Below are positions 59,792-64,000 of a stretch of DNA of 64,000 nucleotides, piece after piece (position 1 is the first letter of the stretch; each line of letters opens with the position of its first letter). A program made the position numbers and the translations under genes. Under the pieces are notes generated by a model. The model did no database searches and was not told the DNA's origin. It saw only the letters and a program-made list of their open reading frames with translations. This DNA comes from Eubacteriales bacterium (GTDB lineage Bacteria; Bacillota; Clostridia; Oscillospirales; QAKW01): positions 8,534 to 72,533 of the forward strand of contig JAZQFD010000009.1 in the NCBI GenBank assembly GCA_045539335.1. The letters are read 5' to 3'.

Positions 59792-61015
59792 TCAATCTTT
59801 ACATCCGTATACTGCCTGTCCGCCCTTGACGGTCAGGAGACATTTGCCCTTTACGATCCACCCCTCAAAGGGAGTGGCCTTCCCCATGGATAAGAAATCC
59901 GCCGGGTCAATTTTATATTCCGCATCCAGATCAAAGATGCAATAATCCTCTTCTAAGGGAATTCCGAACCGCTTGCGAGGGTTGATGGCCAATAATTCGA
60001 TCAGCCGCTCTAAGGGAAGAATCCCCGGTTCCACCAGCTTGGTATATAAAATCGGGAAGGCGGTTTCGATTCCCACCACGCCCATCATACTGCCTGCCAG
60101 CCCTTTGGCTTTTTCCTCGGCGCTATGGGGCGCATGGTCGGTGGCGATCATATCAATAGTCCCGTCTAAGATCCCCTCCAGCAATGCCTTGCGATCCTCT
60201 TCACTACGGATGGGCGGGTTCATTTTAAAGCGCCCCTCCTCTTTCAGATCCATATCATTCATCACCAGATAATGGGGGCCGGTCTCGCAGGTAACATCCA
60301 AGCCCTCGGCTTTCGCCTTGCGAATCAGCGCCACGCTTTCCTTGGTGGAGATATGGCACACATGATAGGTACAGCCGGTTTCTTTTACCAGCCTTAAATC
60401 CCGCTCAATAGGCTTCCATTCACTTTCGGAGCAGATCCCCTTATGGCCATGAAGCCTTGCATACTCGCCATCGTGAATATAACCGCCTCGAAGCAGGCTG
60501 TTCTCCTCGCAATGGGCCACGATCATTTTGCCCAAAGCCTTGGCTCGAAGCATGGCCTCCCGCATCATGGATTCTTGCTGAACGCCTCGGCCATCATCGG
60601 AGAAGGCGATGACCTTTTGAGCCATTCCTTCCAGATCCGCCAAGGTCTCCCCCGCCTCATTGACGGTGATGGACCCATAAGGATACACATGGATCACAGC
60701 CTCATCCTCGATCAGCTTCAGCTGCTCATTCAAATGCTCCACACTATCAGGCACCGGCTTCAGATTGGGCATGGCGCAAACCGCCGTATATCCCCCTCTT
60801 GCCGCCGCACGAGTGCCGCTGCCGATGGTCTCTTTATAAGAAAATCCCGGCTCTCGCAAATGCACATGCACATCGCAAAAACCGGGAAAAACAGCAATCC
60901 TTTTATCAGAAAAACAAACAGACTCAAAAGCAGATACCAATGCGGGGGAAGCAATAAATTCCCCATACTGCATTTCACCGTTTTTAAACATCAGAGCATT
61001 CTGAATCTTCAGCAT
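59792..61015 (-). CDS. pyrC: Dihydroorotase
   Basis: DVHVHLREPG, KMNPP, ATDHAPH. Confidence 0.96.
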   Translation of the reverse strand: MLKIQNALMFKNGEMQYGEFIASPALVSAFESVCFSDKRIAVFPGFCDVHVHLREPGFSYKETIGSGTRAAARGGYTAVCAMPNLKPVPDSVEHLNEQLKLIEDEAVIHVYPYGSITVNEAGETLADLEGMAQKVIAFSDDGRGVQQESMMREAMLRAKALGKMIVAHCEENSLLRGGYIHDGEYARLHGHKGICSESEWKPIERDLRLVKETGCTYHVCHISTKESVALIRKAKAEGLDVTCETGPHYLVMNDMDLKEEGRFKMNPPIRSEEDRKALLEGILDGTIDMIATDHAPHSAEEKAKGLAGSMMGVVGIETAFPILYTKLVEPGILPLERLIELLAINPRKRFGIPLEEDYCIFDLDAEYKIDPADFLSMGKATPFEGWIVKGKCLLTVKGGQAVYGCKD

Positions 61016-61030
61016 TGTTGGTTCCTTTCT

Positions 61031-61206
61031 AAAAAATCAAAAAGCCTTGCCGCAGAATACGGCAAGGCTTCATAACACATAGCAAAGCAAAAGCGCACCC
61101 TTGCGCTTCTCCTGAATCATTATGAAAATCTTGCCGATCTCACGGGATCGCTTTAAAGATTGTTTTTCGTTTTTTTAATTATACTACCTCTTATATTAAA
61201 AGTCAA
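61031..61206 (-). promoter_or_regulatory. pyr operon promoter and PyrR-type attenuator
   Basis: TTGACT-N17-TATAAT; CTTTAAAGCGATCCCGTGAGATCGGCAAG PyrR-binding-loop-like element (~61130-61158); terminator AAGCCTTGCCG-N7-CGGCAAGGCTT-TTT at 61042-61070. Confidence 0.8.
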
Positions 61207-61250
61207 TATAAAAAAGAAACAGCGGCAGTAAAATTTCTGCCGCTGAAACA

Positions 61251-61580
61251 TCAATTATCTGTGATATTTTCATAAACCAATTCGCCGACGGTACCATACC
61301 CTAAATCACGGGCGATACTCTCCACATATTCACTGTCGATTTCGGCGTTTAAAATATCGTTGAGTTCTTCGTTGAGAACGGTTTGGCTGGAGATCTTTTC
61401 CTGCAACTGACCCAGCTCTTCTTTCTTCTCCTGAATCTGAACCTGAAGCTTGACGCAGGTGATGAGCATGTTTCCGGCAATGTAAACGAGAGCAACGGCC
61501 AAAAGACCCCTTACCACGGGGTTCATCTGCTTTGCTCTTTTTGCCTTTTGAATGGCTTTTGTGCCTCTTTTGCTCACCAA
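61251..61580 (-). CDS. divIC: Septum formation initiator DivIC/FtsB family
   Basis: Basic N-terminus, TM, coiled coil, EYVESIARDLGY; follows yabP-yabQ. Confidence 0.85.
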   Translation of the reverse strand: MVSKRGTKAIQKAKRAKQMNPVVRGLLAVALVYIAGNMLITCVKLQVQIQEKKEELGQLQEKISSQTVLNEELNDILNAEIDSEYVESIARDLGYGTVGELVYENITDN

Positions 61581-62004
61581 AGACGCTCCTTTCCAGAATA
61601 CTACGTGTATACATTTTACACCATTGAAACAGAAAAATAAAGGGCTTTTTTAAAAAATTCATAATTTTCTTTATTTTTTTGCTTAAAAAGATCAAAAAGC
61701 GCTTCAAAAGACGGGCTTGAAATGCCACAAAGGTTCCCAACGTATAATGATAGAGAAAAAATCCCATGGTCTCTCCCGCCAAAAGAAAAAGGCGCACCTG
61801 CCCATAGTTGGTTAGTGAGAGAACCACGGCGGTGGCAAGGGCAGCAATCAAAGAAAACAAAAGGTCTTCCAAAAAAACGGTTAACGCCCATTTCTTTTTT
61901 AGGATGCGCCCGATGCGAAAAAGATCATAGACCGCCCCCAAGGCAACCCCCAATACCACTGCCCATAAAAAAGCGGCGGCCTGCTGCGAAATATAGATCT
62001 CCAT
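61330..62004 (-). CDS. yabQ: Spore cortex protein YabQ (C-terminus unusually extended)
   Basis: GAVYDLFR, FLEDLLF, GQVRLF motifs; synteny. Confidence 0.82.
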   Translation of the reverse strand: MEIYISQQAAAFLWAVVLGVALGAVYDLFRIGRILKKKWALTVFLEDLLFSLIAALATAVVLSLTNYGQVRLFLLAGETMGFFLYHYTLGTFVAFQARLLKRFLIFLSKKIKKIMNFLKKPFIFLFQWCKMYTRSILERSVFGEQKRHKSHSKGKKSKADEPRGKGSFGRCSRLHCRKHAHHLRQASGSDSGEERRAGSVAGKDLQPNRSQRRTQRYFKRRNRQ

Positions 62005-62276
62005 CAGCGGAACAAGCCTTTAAACACGCCGCCCTTTTCCTTAAGGTCTGCATACTGCAGACGGTCGATGGAGCCCTCCACGGTGATATCGCCGTTTTCT
62101 ACATTCAAACGGTTGATATGAAGATCCTGACCCTCCACCGTCAGCACGCCCATGTTGGTAAGAATCACCACCGCACGCTCATCGAAGCTATCCACATCCA
62201 ACACGCCGGTGGCCACCAATTGCCGGCGGTTTTCTACCGACAACAGATGGTTGCCGGAAATCTGTTCCTTTTCCAT
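62004..62276 (-). CDS. yabP: Sporulation protein YabP
   Basis: ENR...TGVLDVDSFDE...TNMGVLTVEG; SigE-like GTTCTA...CATACAT promoter upstream (62302-62330). Confidence 0.93.
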   Translation of the reverse strand: MEKEQISGNHLLSVENRRQLVATGVLDVDSFDERAVVILTNMGVLTVEGQDLHINRLNVENGDITVEGSIDRLQYADLKEKGGVFKGLFR

Positions 62277-62361
62277 TGCTCGTTCCTCCCTTTTTTTATT
62301 AATGTATGAACAAGCCTATGGAGATAGAACAAAAAAGGCTCTCCCGCAGGAGAGCCTTTTC

Positions 62362-62565
62362 TTATTTTTTAGAAAAGATCTTATTGATCAGCAGGGTGGT
62401 CAAAATGATCACGCCGATGATGATGAAGACCACCAGCATGCCGATGCCCATATACTGAAGATTGTGCACAAAGTTCGAGGGATTAAAAGCAAGCTGAGGA
62501 GCCACATTTTCAGTGGCCGCAGGAGCTTCACTTACAGCAGTTAAAAGAACATTTAAAAGTTTCAT
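62362..62565 (-). CDS. OadG-like gamma/delta subunit of a Na+-translocating decarboxylase
   Basis: YMGIGMLVVFIIIG single TM directly after the beta subunit. Confidence 0.75.
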   Translation of the reverse strand: MKLLNVLLTAVSEAPAATENVAPQLAFNPSNFVHNLQYMGIGMLVVFIIIGVIILTTLLINKIFSKK

Positions 62566-62584
62566 GGTTCAGTTCCTCCCTTTC

Positions 62585-63694
62585 TTATACCAAATACTCA
62601 GCGAACATATTGAGAATGATACCGCCGGCAATCACCGAGGCAATCTGGCCGGACACATTCACGCCGATGGAGTGCATCAGCAGGAAGTTTTGAGGATCCT
62701 CCTTCAGTGCCATCTTATGCACAATTCTACCGGACATGGGGAACGCAGAAATACCGGCGGCACCGATCATGGGATTGATCTTCTTTTTGGTGAACAGATT
62801 GAGGAATTTAGCAAAGAGCACACCGCCTGCAGTATCCACAACAAAGGCGATCAGACCCAAGCCCATGATCAGGAGAGTATCGACCTTCAGGAATTGAGCC
62901 GCCGTCATATTAAAGGCAACGGAAATTCCCAAGAAGATCGTGATCAAGTTTGCCAGCACCTTCTGCGCAGTTTCGGAAAGAGAATCCAAAACACCGCACT
63001 CACGAATCAGGTTACCAAACATCAAAAAGCCGATCAAGGCCGTTGCCTGAGGAACCACGGCAGACACCACGATGGTGATAATAATAGGGAACATAATACG
63101 GGTAAGCTTGGAAACATTCTTTTGCTCATAGGGCATCCGAATCATCCGCTCTTTTTTGGTGGTCAGCGCTTTAATCACAGGAGGCTGAATAATGGGCACC
63201 AGTGCCATATAAGAATAGGCTGCAACCGTGATCGCACCTACATACTGAGAGCCAAAGGCGTTGGCAACGGCGATGGAGGTAGGACCGTCTGCCGCACCGA
63301 TAATGGCAATGGATGCAGAATCTCTGATCTCAGGGAAAAAGATGCTTGCCATACACAGGGTAAAGAAAATACCAAACTGCGCAGCGGCGCCGAAAAGCAT
63401 CAGCTTAGGATTGGTCAGCAGAGGGCCAAAGTCAATCATGGCTCCGATACCGATAAACAGCAGCAAGGGGAACAGCTCATTGGCGATACCTGCATTATAC
63501 AGTTCCTGAATAGGACCGTGCAACGCTTCCGAAGCAGGAATATTCACCAAAATGGTGCCAAAACCCATAGGCAAGAGCAGGGTAGGCTCCATTTCCTTTT
63601 TGATTGCCAAATAGATCAACAGGCAACCTACCAAAATCATCACCACTTGCTGCCACGAAAATGCCAGCAGATTTTCATAAAGAATGTTCATCAC
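62585..63694 (-). CDS. Na+-translocating carboxybiotin decarboxylase beta subunit (OadB/MmdB/GcdB family)
   Basis: EPTLLLPMGFG, IIGAADGPT, AAYSYMALVP, GISAFPMSGR. Confidence 0.96.
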   Translation of the reverse strand: MMNILYENLLAFSWQQVVMILVGCLLIYLAIKKEMEPTLLLPMGFGTILVNIPASEALHGPIQELYNAGIANELFPLLLFIGIGAMIDFGPLLTNPKLMLFGAAAQFGIFFTLCMASIFFPEIRDSASIAIIGAADGPTSIAVANAFGSQYVGAITVAAYSYMALVPIIQPPVIKALTTKKERMIRMPYEQKNVSKLTRIMFPIIITIVVSAVVPQATALIGFLMFGNLIRECGVLDSLSETAQKVLANLITIFLGISVAFNMTAAQFLKVDTLLIMGLGLIAFVVDTAGGVLFAKFLNLFTKKKINPMIGAAGISAFPMSGRIVHKMALKEDPQNFLLMHSIGVNVSGQIASVIAGGIILNMFAEYLV

Positions 63695-63717
63695 TAAAAT
63701 CTCCTTGATTCTTTATA

Positions 63718-63826
63718 ATAAAAAATGACCTTCATGGCGTAAAATGCGCCATGAAGGTCATTGAATTGCCGCATCCTACCCCATTCTAATTTACCGTAGA
63801 AAGAATAGCATATAAACGGGCAAAAA
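63718..63826 (-). promoter_or_regulatory. Promoter plus leader terminator (putative attenuator) of the decarboxylase beta gene
   Basis: TTGCTT-N17-TATTCT followed by AATGACCTTCATGGCG-loop-CGCCATGAAGGTCATT-TTTT before the RBS. Confidence 0.6.
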
Positions 63827-63874
63827 GCAAGCAAAAGAATCTTGCAAAAATAGGGGGATTTTTGGTGAAAATAT

Positions 63875-64000
63875 CTATTTCTCCTTTCGATCCGGCAGCT
63901 CGCTCCAAAGGAGTGCTCCTAAGATCAAAAGAGCGCCGATCACCTGAGGAACGGTCATTTTTTCTCCCAGCACCGCCGCTGACAGCACCAACGCCGTTAC
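63875..64000 (-). CDS. DMT/EamA-family transporter, C-terminal fragment (5'-truncated by the window edge)
   Basis: VTALVLSAAVLGEKMTVPQVIGALLILGALLWSELPDRKEK-stop, a typical EamA C-terminus. Confidence 0.8.
   Translation of the reverse strand, partial: VTALVLSAAVLGEKMTVPQVIGALLILGALLWSELPDRKEK

Noticed and set aside
57456-59945. 829-aa plus-strand ORF, and similar ones opposite fba, pyrD, oadB and the nozzle gene
   Set aside because: Antisense to clearly identified genes; explained by codon bias.

Overview
Chromosomal window from a spore-forming Clostridia-type Firmicute (roughly 50% GC by eye; CIRCE/hrcA, spoIID, yabP/yabQ present). Left to right: (1) a minus-strand surface-fibre operon with two SipW-type signal peptidases, three SipW-signal (TasA/camelysin-like) subunits, a sortase-signal subunit and a very large adhesin running off the left edge; (2) a glycine-riboswitch-controlled Ala/Gly symporter and a sugar ABC transporter; (3) hrcA-grpE-dnaK-dnaJ, mnmA, degV, fba, spoIID and a spoIIQ-like gene; (4) the main anomaly, a compact and apparently intact ~9.6 kb podovirus-like operon (TerS, TerL, portal, scaffold, capsid, adaptor, nozzle, ejection-like protein, holin, endolysin). 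It has no integrase, replication or tail-fibre genes, and a candidate late activator sits in a separate unit beyond a housekeeping NUDIX gene, so it is a candidate gene transfer agent or domesticated phage particle; (5) dut, pduL, metG, tatD, hpf; (6) an AraC-linked catabolic operon of unknown substrate interrupted by a 272-bp MITE-like insertion; (7) a lipoprotein serpin, a pyr operon lacking carA, divIC-yabQ-yabP, and Na+-decarboxylase beta/gamma genes behind a putative attenuator. No rRNA, tRNA or CRISPR array was seen. All calls come from reading motifs by eye; no database searches were run.
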